From the NCBI RefSeq assembly GCF_964355755.1, contig NC_092673.1:33229648-33293647 (forward strand): a stretch of 64,000 nucleotides of DNA. The letters are read 5' to 3'. The DNA is from Antedon mediterranea. Its lineage: Eukaryota > Animalia > Echinodermata. Both the position numbers and the translations under genes were made by a program. This document shows, piece by piece, positions 42,701 through 57,700 of this stretch (the first letter of the stretch is position 1; each line of letters starts with the position of its first letter). The notes under the pieces were generated by a model. The model made no database searches. It was given only the letters and a program-made list of their open reading frames with translations, and was not told the DNA's origin.

Positions 42701-45700
42701 ATTACGCACACATATTTTTGTAAAGATTTGAATTTGTATTTTGAGTATTGCGTTGTATCGAAGTGTTGATAATTGTGATGTCACAATACCACATGATATC
42801 AGTCTTTTGCATGGTACCAACCATGCAGGAAGATTGATTTGATCTGTAATTAAATTACCCTAAATTATTATTATTTTTAAAAATAAAAGCAGTACATTAT
42901 AAATGTTAAGATGGGTACACCTGAAAATGGTTACTAAAACTATAGATTATTATAGAATCATAAGTGGTATTGCGACTCAGTGGTTTAAATTTGTATGTGA
43001 TGTTGCAATATTTTGGTTTGTTCTTTTAATGTGGTGTAACTTACTCTGCGATCTAAGGATGATGATTTTTTATCGGGATTATCTCTATGCTTCATATCCA
43101 CCATCTCAAATCCCTGTTAAACATAATAAAAAAATAATAATAATAAAACAAAAAAATTTAAAAAAGTTGAATATCATATAAAAGTAAAGTGCAAGCCTAT
43201 AAAAACATCCTAGAATCTGATCTCATTTCTACTGAATTGTACTAATATTCTGATGGTACTAATTGGGTATCAACTACAGTACTGTACATTATACTGAAAG
43301 AACAGAATCTAGGGAGAAAGGTTTTTGGATCTAAATTGCGCACAATAAAAAGAGTTTTGTTGTTCCTGTTTTGATATGTTAATGATGTAAAAGTATGAAA
43401 GACTGCATGCAAAAACCCCTCCACCCCCCAAAAAAGAAAAAAAAGCATTCCTAAAATCATAAAATAAAGAATACCAAACCTAAAATGATCAAATAAGTCG
43501 TGATTAAGTGCACAATGACTATCCTGAGAATTTTGTTCTCATCAGCTCACTCATTCCAATAACTGCACTCTTGTTTGAGGGGGTACTCTCAATCAGGGTT
43601 ACTCCCTTTGTAAAGCTCCACTCTTGTAAGAGGATACCTTAATAATGAGAGGCACTAAGGTATAAGGGACTGAGGAGCACTCTTTATTACTCTCCTATGT
43701 ATGGGATTTAATGGTATCTTCTTGAGGACACCTTAAAAACTTTTTAATTGAGGTTGACTCAACAAATAATTCTTATTAAGCGTTACTCGATGTGGTTTAC
43801 TCTCCTATGTAAAGGTAAACTCTTGCATTAAGATGATTCCATAAAGAGAGAGGCACTCTTACTCTCCTATGTAAAGGGATATAGGTACTCTCTTGTAAGA
43901 GGGTACCTTAATAATGAGAGACACTCAAAATATAGCCCACTCTCCTATGTTTAAGCATGGAGAAATAAGTTAACTTATTTCTCCATGGTTTAAGGCATAG
44001 GTACACTCTTGTACAAGGACACACTCACAATAAATGAGGGCCACTTATATAATGAGGTATAAAGTATTGTATTGAACAAGCATGCATCATGAGAAGCACT
44101 TGGACTTTATTTGATCATTTACAGTCACTAAAAGGCAAGTTGTTAATTCATGCACGCAGATCACCTCATTGTTATTAACATATAAGCTATACAGTTGATC
44201 ATTATATTCCTCATCAGAACTGTCCAATACAATTCCCTCCACTAGGCCATCCTGTCAGGGTACATTTAAAAGCACATAGAAGCACAAGTAAAACCAAACA
44301 AAAAGTTATTACAATTATAGCAAGCAATTTAACAACACAAAATGGTTATATTATTTAAAGATGCACTGTCTCTCATGGTGGGAAAAAAATTACTAATAAT
44401 AAAACACAAATTTGAATGAATGTAATGTTTGTGGCAGATCTAGAGGGCACATTGCAGAACCAACAATAACAAATATTATAACCCTGATGGAGGAAGAAGG
44501 AACAACATCTAAAAGCTTGGAATTGATTTGGCTGTTCGTTTTGATCTTATAGTTTTTTGCTTATTTTGATTGTATCCCACAGCATGTCATTTTGTGTTTC
44601 CATTGAGATCCAGCCACTACACCCAAAGCATGTCATTTTGTGTTTCCATTGAGATCCAGCCACTACACCCACAGCATGTCATTTTTTCAGTGCTTATTTT
44701 ATTTGTATCCCCATTGAGATCAAACCACTTACTTACACCCACAGCATTGTCATTTTTTTTAGTAATTTGCTTTAGAATAACTTGGATTTACTGTTATTTT
44801 ATTTTAAAATCATTTTTAACAATTTATTAGTAAAGAAACAACAGTACATCTTTATTAAGGCAATGAATGAAGATATACTGTATAGATGAATAGTTTTATA
44901 AATATTATTCAAAAGAAAATGGTGAGAAATTGTAACGGTCGTGTGATATTAATATAAAACAATGAAGAACTTATAGAACAGACAGACAGACAGACCAACA
45001 GAAAAAAAACCCATTTAAATTTGTTGATACGAGCAAATTATATAGATGGCAATTGCAATTTGTAGTTGTTTTTTTTTTATACTCCATATTATGACAAACA
45101 TAATTCAAAGCAACATAACATACCCTTGAGCCGCTGGGCGAGTCTTTACCTCCTCTTCTATTAACTCCATTACTTGTACTGTTACTTTGTCTAAAAGATA
45201 AAAAATTATGAATATAATAAACAATTAAAAAAAAATTACCAAATTTAGCCTGGTCTTCTAACAATCTTGTACTAATTTTAGTCTATAGTCCACTTTTAAA
45301 GCATTATTTAACATAGCACAATATATAATATCATCCATTTAAAGACACACCTGAATATTGTCATCTGAAATTATTTTTTTTTCTAATTTTTTGTTGTTGA
45401 ATGCCATTTTTATGTTTCATAATAGTTATTCACTTTGAAAAAAAATGATTTACCTTAAAAAACCTAATCTATTTAAAGCAATGGGTTTCTGATTGAATTT
45501 AACTATTTTTTTTTGTTATTTTATAAGTGAAAACATAATTTTTTACCGTTTTTCTGCTGAAGTGATTTATTTTATTAAAATTACAAAATTTCCTATTCAA
45601 AATCTAATTATTAATCTTCATTTTTCATCTTTTCGGGAGACAGTATATCTTTAATTGTAAATAATACTAGATTACATATAGTACCTGATCGGCATAGGTG

Positions 45701-48700
45701 ATTGTGCCCTCATTTTTGGAGCTCCATCCACCTGTATGTTTAGTAGGGCGTGTACAGGCGCAGCATTTTTTATCTGCATTTCCAATTCCTTATCCTGAAT
45801 ATGATCTGCGTCCATCGGTTGCGTTGTTTTTTCTTTCTTAACAACACTAGCGATAGCACTGAACATCTTCGTTTGCTACAAAAGTAAATGAAAGAAAAGA
45901 TTATTACTTATTTATAATATTATATGTATTTAATGAATTGCACCATATACTTACCACTAAATTAACATTTTAAATAAGTTAATTTCTATAGTACTGTACT
46001 ACTGTATTTTCTTTGTTAATATCAAATTCTTAAACATGGACCAGAACAATAATTTTGGATGTCTAAACAGTTACAGAATCTAAACTTGAAACAAAGAAAT
46101 TTAGGCAATGTAATGTTTATATTGCTGACCACAATATCATGGATTTTAATCCACTGAATTTTAAGTTCAAAGATGTGTGGTACAGTACACCTCCATATAC
46201 AATTCAATTTATTTAACTTTATTTAACCACAGATCAACACATGCTTGTTCTTCCCTACAAGTTGACAAAATCTAATTTATTTATTTAATTTCCAGTCTAA
46301 ACATTTTATTAAAATGTAAAAATGTTTATTATCAAGTAAAAATCTTGATAAAGCTACAAAAAATTATGATAAAATGTAAGACAAAGCGGTGATATAGTTA
46401 ATTTCATAGTGAACTGCAGACATGAAATTATTTTAGTGCTAATAAATATATAAACAGCATTTATATATATATTTATATATTTATATATATATATTTATAT
46501 ATATATTTATATATAATATGATAATTATAGGAAAAATGTGCGCAAACCTATTCATGAAGAAAAAATGTGAAGAAAAATAGATAACAATATATAGTTGAAT
46601 ATTATACAGGTACAGAATTTAAGCATGGGTGAATATAGGGGTATATAGAACCTGGGCTAGATATACCAAACAATATAATTATTGTGTTTTATGGGGATAA
46701 GAGGAAAACCTGCTAATATACATAACAACGTTCTATTAATTCAGGTGCCATTGAGACACAGTATTAAGTAATATACAGGGGTGAAACATACAGTTACCTC
46801 CTGAGTGGAGGGAATAGGGATTTGTATTGTATTGTTAAAGATGTATGTAACATTCATATAATATTCAAATTAGTACAATTAAATTTGCATAAAATTAAAA
46901 TTTAGAATATTTATTTTTAAGTATACTTGGTCAATTTTTCTATTTATGGAAAATAGTTATTTTAACATTGATGTACACAAATTATAGGGTAAGATATAGT
47001 AATAAAAGAAATGAATGATTTTAATTTCTTATTTGGAATACAAATTGTAATATCAATTCTGAAACCTGTGCTTGAAAATGGAATAATTAAAAATGAATCA
47101 TGCCAAGGCAAGTAAAACAAGCCTTCTTAAAAAAATTTGGAAAAAAACACATGATTAAAATATACCAAAAGATCATGCAAGAAATGGGGAAAAAATGGAG
47201 TAAATGCATGCACTTTTTTAAGTGCTTAATTTCAGGAAACCTTAGACTATCATCACAACAAACAAGGAGGAAAAATGGACAATCCTATCACTAGTATATA
47301 TCCGCTCTAATCACATTTGTGTCCTTGTGTTCTGTGTGCGTATATGTTTCGAATGTAACTGGGTGTGTTCCAGTGCTGTTCAAAAATGTGCACATTGTTT
47401 CTACAAAAAGCATCTTGCACAATTTTAAATTTTATAAATTTGAATTTGTAATTTTCCACCCTTAAAATTTGGTATTACAAGTAACCAATTTTTAATTATT
47501 ATGTTCAAAAATTATACATGGTTTAATTTCAGATTGATAGTGGCTTATTGGTTTGTTTATGGTGTATTAAAAAAACATAGTTATATTCACAGAGGCCACA
47601 TATCAATTTGGTTATACAACGCATTTCTGACGAAACGTGCCTTCTGCATTGGGCGTAAAGGAATTGAAGTAATGATAAAACTTTCAGGGATTGAATTTAC
47701 TATTCAAATATGAATAAATTATTTTATAGCACTATTTACTGTATATAAATATGATAAAAGATAAATAGTTAAAAATATATATATATAACCGGTTTGGATA
47801 TCATAGGGTATAGTCATATAACTGTAAAAATGACAAGACTCTTATGCAGAAGATGTGTGGATATGTTAGTATATAAAAGTGCAGAAAATTGTGAATTAAA
47901 GATATCAAGAAAGTCATGCAAATTGTGTTGGGTGAACCAGGTGAACATAAGTTAGGGGTGAACACTTCTTTTGCGGTTACCTGCTTAGCGTCTTGAATTA
48001 TCTAAAATTGACCAATTCATGCAAGAAAAAAATGTTTACAAAGGTTATTGACACAGTCTGTGACAAGTGACAAAAGAATAAAAAGTGTAAAATGACGACA
48101 ATTGTAACAGAACAATTTGTAGGTAAGAGAGAAGTTATTCATTTATTGGTCTGTGATATGCTAATTACAAATGGAGACCTAATGAATTATTAATGAGTGC
48201 TGTTATTAGGAAGTTGTTATATATAGTAACCTCTCCTCAATCTATCCATAAAGTTAATTAATAATTAAAATGAATATTGAAAACTTTACCCAAACCACTA
48301 ATCTACATAAAATATTTCCCACAAAAATACCCAATTAAAAAGGCAATAAAAATTCATAAAATGTATTAAAAAAAATGTTATCATCTATAAGCTTTTGCAA
48401 ATCTGAGAAGGCTGATGAAAATCAATATGGAACATTTAACCACACTGGTTGATCAAATTATCTTAAAAAACACAACACAACAAACGTACAAAACAAATCC
48501 CAAAAAACAATACAAAAAAATTGATTTCAAATGATAAAGAAGCTGAAAAAGAAATTTGTGAATGAAATTACGGAAACAATGAAATGATTTGTTTAGAAAA
48601 AAACACATAGTACTTCAAAATAAATTTATATTATTTTATATATATATTTTGAAAATATGATTTTTATTGGTTTTTTTTGGCTAAATAATGTTATGTTAAT

Positions 48701-51700
48701 GTTCCAACACCAATGCATACATGAACGGTTAAATACAACATTGGTATATACAACAGCCATCAACCAACCAAGGTAAGTAAACCAAATACACCATATACCA
48801 ACACCAAAGGATTCACACAAATCCAGAAAAAACCCATACAAAGTCAAAAATTATAAAACTTGATATCCTTGTGAATCCAAAGACAATGGATTGAGCATTT
48901 GTATAAAAATATTCAATACATACCAACGTTAATTTGTTAACAAAACCAAGTACCACGTTAAACCAGAATATGTACCTTACATTACCTCAAACACCAGATA
49001 TATACCAAAACCATACCAACAAGAAACCATTAATACCAAAATGTAATACCAAGAAAACCAGAGAATCAACAAAAAACTCCAAACACCATAATTAATCAAC
49101 AACTGATGTGAAGGCGACGCTGATAAACTCAATAATGAGCAAACATTTTCTCAAATTTTTGTTTCAAGTTTTAAAATTTATTTCCAATAACAAAATAAAA
49201 ACCACCAATTACAAAGTTTCTGCATAGGAATGACATTTGGTTATGTTAGTCTTATTCATGTCCTAACAGCGAATCAATCGTAACATTTTGTAAAAGGCAT
49301 GTCTTAGTTGGAAACAGGACAATATAAATGTTGCATTATTATTATTTAGACAAAATTAAAATTATAAACTTTGTTAAAAGATCCGAGTTACATAAAAAGT
49401 TGCTATAAATAAGCAGACAAGTTCTGTATTAAAATTGCAATGGACTATTTAACCAATAAACCCTTCTAATTTAAACAAAAGCTGATATTTTATTTTTAAT
49501 TGAACTTATAATCAAAACCATTTACCAAACTATTTATATTAATTATTTTCAGTAAGAAAGAGTCTTATATTATCTTGCTTATAGTTAGAGAAAATAACTG
49601 TAGCCTGCTATATCTGTGTTTTGATTTTTGCATATAAAGGAAAAAATTGTTTCGAATAACACCTCAAATGGAAGCAAAATCTTTACCATTAACTAAAAGA
49701 AAAAATGTAGATAGATATATTTTCACTGAAAATTTTCAGATAATTATATTGTATCAATAGCCTTATACAAATCTTAATAAATTGGCTTAAAATCTTAAAA
49801 ACTTGATTAAATGAGTATGAATAATGAATTAATAATACAATACTGTAAGTTAAAGTACCCATATAACCCAATTAATAGTTATATTTTATATAGTCTATCA
49901 TATTTACATATATGTACATAGTATTATATAATTTTATGTATGCCAATTACTTAAGTCCAGATACATCATTTGCATACACATGGTTTTGGATATTTGCATA
50001 TTCAAATTTAATTTAAATTATTGTTAATGTCACAGTTTTAATTAGTAAATGATTAAGTATTACTAATTATTTATTGTTATAATTTTATTATGATTACTAA
50101 TTTGTTTTTTGACAAATAATGATTTATATTGAGAATAGTAAAAAAATATAAGATTAAAGTTATATAAATGACGAAAATAAATATTAGCTAAAATAATTGT
50201 CAAACTCAATGGAATGTTTAAAACATTGGAATTGCACGATAAAATTATCTACAATAAAACATATCCACCTTGAGTGCATTGCCAATATTACACGTCCATC
50301 AAAAAAACTATTCTAGAAAAAAAATAGTAAATTTGAAAATTAAAGAATTTGATCCTATGAGATACTAGATTGGATCCATGTAAATACCCTAAATCTGTAC
50401 CCTCACACTATAAAATGGATTCCGAAGAAGAAATAATAAAAACAATATATTACTGTTATTTGAATACTAGAATGGATCCACATAAATACCTCTATCTATA
50501 TTATGACTCGCATTACAATAGATCTAAAGAAAGAGGAATTAATACCGTCAATCATATTATGACTGTTACCCGAAGATTAGAATGGATCCTTTCAAATACC
50601 CTGCATAGTTTATCCATCAAAATAAACAATATAATCTACTGTCGATCTTGGACAGCTGCAATTATTTATATTTATTTGCACTTTTTATAATTGTATTGTA
50701 ATATTACCAACACTCAACAACATATGTACAATTGCCTTTGATACTACAATTGCGGAAACCTTTTTACACCGCAAACGTTCCAATAATATTTAAAAATACA
50801 AAAGAAATATAAAACCCTTAACATTTACATATTTATATTTCAGAAAAAATAAAAGTTTTAAAAATTGTATTTATGGTAAATAAAAAATATTCAAGCCTCT
50901 GTTTTTCGTCAAAACCTGTTGCATGCTTTGGTAATCTACGCCATAGAGTCCTGAAATTAAAAAAACATTAAATTAAAAGAAAACATCTGATATAGGAAAA
51001 TCTATCTTTTAAGTATTTACATAAAAGGTAGATTTAAATACTTTTTTCTTATACATGTTGATAGCAAATATGAGAAATTTGTACCAAAATTGTGATTTAT
51101 GTATCTTTAATAATTAATTTAATTCACCAAAATATTTAATTATTATGGTAATTAATGATTGTCAACATATTTATTGCACAATAAATTAATAACAAGTTAA
51201 AATATTAAAAGTTATATATATAATTTATATGATTTTAGACTTGATGAGTATTAGATAGGAAATTATTTTTTTCAAGCAGACGAGAACATTCTAAGAGAAA
51301 TTTAATGATGAAATAGTTATTAAACTGTAATTTATTTCTAAATTGAATTTTAAAATTAACTGTAAATGTAATACTAATAAAGTTAATACTTTAATAATAT
51401 AACTATTATTGGTTGTATTTCATCATTTTCATCAAATTTTCCATTAAAAAAATAATTTTGATTCATAATCATAAACAGTAAATGACTTTTATTACTGCAT
51501 TTTCTTCATAATTAGTTAGTAATTTTAATTGTTATTGCTAGGTGATGGAAGTGATGATAATGATAACAATGATTTGAGAGATTAAGCACCAACATGATAA
51601 GAAAGAAGTATAATAGAGAGTTTGTTGAAGAAACCTTGAAGAAATGTTATTCCAAATCTACTTATAAATTTAAAAAAAAATCAATGAAGTTAGTCTGCCT

Positions 51701-54700
51701 TGTAAATCCCAACTAAGACTACCACATTAGTATGTTTGAAACATGATAAAAAGAGCAAAACCAATGGAAAATTACAGACACAACTGTTTTAGATGTTAAA
51801 GCAAACAATAATCAAATTGACTGGAAGTCAGTGGGGTTTTGGTTGAATTTTACCATTTATTTTGTCACTTTTTATAAAGTGAAATATTTTTTTGGTCTGA
51901 AGTCTGATTTACTTAATCTTCATTTTCATGTTTTTTTGGGGACAATAAATCTTTAAATAATGTTAAATATATCTAAAATTTATTAAGAATTTTATTATAG
52001 CTCTTTTAATTTTCCAATTGATAAAGTAAATAAAAATGTGAAATTATACAGGAAACAGCTATGGCTGGATGTCTATAAAAAATAACTGTTAAATTTGAAA
52101 TTTGAGTTCATAATAATATGTTATGGTATGGTGAGATAATACTAATATAGCAATAACAAAGACGCAGTTGGTAAATTTAGAAAATATAAATTATTCATGA
52201 TAACTTTTAACAAACAGTCTGCTTAAAATTTTTTATATTTTTGACAATCTTATTGTTTTTCTACGGGCTATTTTAAACTATAATTTGTATTATATAATAA
52301 AAAAATTATTTTTGTTTTTGTTGCTTTTGAGAATTGCGCCTTGGTTATAAAAGATAAACATTAGAGTTTGTTTGTATGTATTATATCCTTAGTCTTGATG
52401 CTTAGTATCACGTTTCAACCGCTTAATTCACTACTTAAAATAATAAGAAAATAATCCCATTGTCACCAATAACCATTTATACATAGATTCTATGTTTTTA
52501 AGATCTGTCAGATTCATTCTTTGTTTGTTTATATAATTTTAGTGGATGCATTTTATACAATAGAGGGGCAGTCGGCAGTATTATGCGCCCCCACTATTTT
52601 AAAATCTTAGATCTCCCACTGAGAAACCATTAGTCACAATTTTAATAATTTTGGATGCATAGAATCTATGAATAAAAAAGCCCAATCAAGTATACGCAGA
52701 CTACTATACTATAAATTCTAATACATTTATTTACCCAAAATATTACCAAATACAACTAAATACTAAAACACAAACTTTTAATATTGTGTTTATTTAGATG
52801 GATATATAGTACAACTGTGTTTAAGATTTAGCCTATTCAATATTGTGAATACTAGTATAAGGTACCAATGAATTATGTACAGTTTTAATTATTTTGAACT
52901 TTTAACAATGTGGTGCAAATTATAGTTAATGTAAATGCTGACCAAGAAATAGATAGAATATTAAAAATGTCATCAGATTACAGTAGTATTGCCATATAAG
53001 TGCCATAAATTAACAAGGGGTTACTTAGTTTATAAGGGTCTGCTTCAGGATCCTTAATGTGTTGTGCTATTTGTTTTCCTGGTCTTAATAAAAATATATT
53101 TATATGGCCCACTTGTATTTATGTCTGAATAATTCTGTGTTTTTATTGGTTACAAATTCAACAGTTACTAATTGTTTGCTAAAAATAACAGGTTAATTCC
53201 GTGACTGGAATATAGCATACGTTTATTTGATGTGTTTAAAACCTTATCGTTATACTTAATAAATAATTATAATATTATAAAATAATTATATAAAATTTCC
53301 CTAAATATTAATTTAATTAGAGATAAAGTTTCGTATGAATGAAAAGCATATTTATAACGATGAGTTGAAGCCCTATAATCATTATTATTTCATAAAAGCT
53401 ATGAAAGATGAATTGGTTAATTATGGTAATTAGAAGCGTCTATGAAATGCAGTCCCTCTGATATTGCAGTGCAAACACCTGGAATATGCAAATCAAGTTT
53501 TTAAATATGCAAAAGACATTAACATGCAGTAAAAAAATGGTCAAGAAAGTGAATAGAAATTAATGATACCTAGAATTCCACCCTTGTGAAAAGCATGTAA
53601 TGTGTTATAGCAACCACAAAAGCAGATAAAACATCTCGATATTCTGTATGCTTTCTTTATAAATGAAATATCATTTTGAGTTAAAATATGAAATGTACAA
53701 CAAGTGTAATAGTGTTAAAATATGAATGTGCCAATTAATAATGTGCTCAACATTGTTTCAGCTGAATTAGACAAGCATACAGAATGGGTGCATGTTTTTG
53801 CTTTTCACCAAAATATTTAAAGAAAATATGTCAAAAAAAATGACCCATCAGTGAACAAAAAAAATACCTGAATGGACCCATTTTGCGGCTGATCAGTTAG
53901 AGTTAAGACATTATTATTTGCGGGAACTTGTAAGCGAGATCGTTGCTCTAGCTCCAACGCTTTACGACGTTCCACTTTTGCCAGGTATTCCTTTCGTTTT
54001 TGATCACGCAGCTGTTTGAGAAACGAATATCATGTTCATATAAAATTTATTTTATCTATAGCAAGCATTTTTTTTTTCAGGCAAACACTCCCCTCTATAA
54101 AAAGAGCATTCATACATATAAATAAAACAGAAAATGACACCTGTCTCTAAAGTGATACATCACAGGTGCACTGTGTGAACACCGGTTTAATAATTTATGT
54201 AAATTATGCATTCCAAAATCCTACAACAATGCATGCTACGTATCATCCGCCATGACTGCAAATATTTCACGGATATACAACCAAACAATTGTAAAGGGAT
54301 AGTATATATTATTGTTGACATTCATGGCATAAGAAGCCAGAATAATAAGATGCAAACCTATGCATTGCCAGGGGTTGTAGTAACACACAGAAAGGATGCA
54401 AATGCCTATTTTAATTAAAAATTCGCCGAAAAGCACTACTGTTTGAGATAGTAATTACTACTACGACAGACTAAGAAGAGAAAGAGAGAAAAAAAAAACA
54501 AAGCAAGCAGATAAATGCAGTAAGGGGACATAATCCACAACTGAAATTGCCGTACACAATAGAGGGCGCATGACAGAAAATACTGCTCCAACAGTCGCAA
54601 GACATAATAACACTGGAGCAATCTTGAAATGTGCGTATAAACATCCCAAAAGTGTTTGTTGCAAACAATTTTCCTGATTTATCGTAAACATCACATGCCT

Positions 54701-57700
54701 AATCAAAAGACGCTCAAGCAAAAAAATAAAAATTCCTTAAATTTATATTTCTAATAATATACAAAGTATAACAAAATGATATATTTATCTTACTACACCT
54801 TTGATTTTAATCTTGCAATTAAAATTATATTATAAATATAATTATAGATTTCATATAATGATTGAGTAATTTAAAAAATTACACAATTTAATGTGTACAA
54901 TGTAGTGTAGAATTGATTTTATATAAAAATCAGAGAAAAAACATAGAAATAGTACACAAAAAGACAGTATAGCTATAACAGAGACAGTTAAAATAAAAAT
55001 TTACATTAGAACCAAGAGTTGGTGCACCTACCGGAACCATTACTATGTTTAAGATTTTTAAGAGATTACAAACAAGGATTACAAAAATTCACATGAAAAA
55101 TGGATAATCCAGTTATTAAACGGATGGATTAGAATAAAACATCAAGTGGATAATCCGGAGTATTAAAATGGATTAGAATAAGACAAAGTGGATAATCCAC
55201 TTAACTTAAATAGATTAGATTAAGACATAAAGGAGATAATCCAATTAACTTAAATGGATTAGATTAAGATATAACAAGGATAATCCAGTTAACTGATGTG
55301 GATTAGAATAAGACAATCTAGGGATTACGTATACATATAAATATAAACAGTCAGCATAGAAACATTTTCTATATTTAATTTAGTTTAGATAATTAAAAAT
55401 ATTTTATAGGTAATAAAAAAACTGTAAATAATGACAGGCAGTATATGATTATAAATAGTTTTAAAAAGTTTAGGTAGGTTTACAAAAAAACAAATTTGTA
55501 GTGAAAAGGGGTAGATAAAAAACAAGAAACCAAGTATATGGGAATATAACAGGAATAAAAGGATTTAATCACAGAAAAAAACAAAAATTCAAAGATGTTT
55601 GGAAGTCAAAACACTCATCAAACAGTCGAAGAAACAATATACATTAAGACAAAAAATATTGACACAATTTAAAAAAAAGTTGTCCTAACTGATAATAACT
55701 AGAGAATCACATTACACAAATTTTACGTCCTAAAAGAAAAGATTTTTTTAAATAATAAAAAAGTCACAATAAATTGAGATTAAGTTCAGATGACAAAGAA
55801 AAGATTACAACTTGACGTCTAAAGCCCTTCTTCAGGATGCTCTATCAGCTATAATACTGACAAGGAAGAGTATTGATATAAAGGAGAAGATTATTAACAA
55901 CAAATTATTTGGGAACATTTTTGTAAAACTTGTAATAGTTATTACCATGATAAGCTTGAAATTCAATCTTTTCAATGTGTTAGTTATACTCCAAGCAAAG
56001 TGAATTTCCATTTTAAATGTTAGGAAGATGCTTTCTAATTTTATCATTATTATAGTTTGTCAATATTGTTTTTATGGAAATTATACAGTTTAACATATTT
56101 TATAAAATTGAAAAATATATAAATTGTGGTTTAAAAAAAATGTTCAAAAATTGAAACTGTAATTTTAAATTTTCTCCTTATGTAAGTAATTTTCTGAATA
56201 CCAATGATTCTTTTAAAAGCAAAGCAATTGTTGTACAATATTTCAGAAACAGAAACATATTTTTGGTTAATTCTATACAAAACAGACAAATATAAAGAGA
56301 AGTATCTGTACACCCTTTTGATTATACAAGTTTTACAAAAATGCATCCACAGTAGAGTCAATTGCTGAAGAAAACAAAGTAACAAAAAAAATCTTACAAA
56401 AAATAATGAAATTAACAAAGAAACTACCACTCTCAACACTTGCCACACAAACCACAGAGCGAGAGAGAAACACAAGAGGACAATAACAGGTACCATACTG
56501 GCCCAATTTTGTCGTACTTTTAAAAAGTCGTCTGAAAATAGTGCCCTGTATTTGGGTTCATTGAGATCGGCATTTGGGTGCTTCTTCATAATATACTTAT
56601 AATAAGCGTTTTCCTATCGAGATATAAAATAATGATAGAGGGCGCATGCTTGTTAACTTAGTACCAAAATATCTGAATGACTGTTGTAGTGGTTTTTTAT
56701 CAATAAGTCTGAATTTATTTATTGTTAATCGAAAAGCTTTACTACATACATAGAGAAAAAATCACCTGCATTTTTAGGCAAAATTATGCTAATTTATTGC
56801 TTACTGCAAAATGCCTGCCTATAATTCGGGAATCTATAATATGGTGGTTCTTTTTAGAAACAACTTAAGTAGAAACTAATGTTTGGAAATGAAATTTAAT
56901 AAGTTTACAGTAAGTCATTTTTTATTTGAAAATTTTAAATAATATTTTTTAAAGAATAAAACAAATTTCTGAATTTTGATACTAAGTAAACTTTTAAGCA
57001 CATATAAATAAAAATAAATAAAATTCATTAGCCTTAAAATGCACCAATTCCATTGCTTTTAATTTATACAGATTTTGTTATATATTTAAAATCCAAATCA
57101 ATATTAAATGTCCTCAAGAAATATTATCATTGCTTCCATGTATAAAACAGGCACATAATCATGTGTTAAAAATTCAAAGTTAAAATTTGAAAGTTTTAAG
57201 AATTTTATTAACAAACAAATTTTAGCTGGAAAACTGCTTCTGTAATGTCTTGGCCATGTGCGACCTTTTCACCAACCGCCTGACATTCATATAATATAAA
57301 AATAAAATTCATCATAATAATAATTCATATCATTTTTGAAACAATAATTTTGATGGAAGCTTATAGACAGTTTAACAAGACAAGAAGCGACAAAAACAAT
57401 TTAGCGTTACAATATTTACAATAACAGATTTCAACTAAAATCATGCAATGTTCCGTGAGGAGGACAGGTTCCAGCAAGCAGGGGAGGAAGAAACAAAAAC
57501 AAACACATATGAATTCAACTTGCATATATAAATTAAATTTGGAATTACATGATTACTAAATTATTATGCATATTTGGAATTAATAAATAATTATTCAAAA
57601 TATAAAATAAATGTATGCATATATTTATACTTAAGTCAATATGTATATTACATTATGCATATTCAAAAGTAAATTTACATATCAAAGGGGAGTTTAATTA

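Noticed and set aside
50270-50313. 44-nt exon-like unit (NSFFDGRVILAMHS)
   Set aside because: Ends in phase 2 with no compatible downstream partner before the next phase-0 exon.
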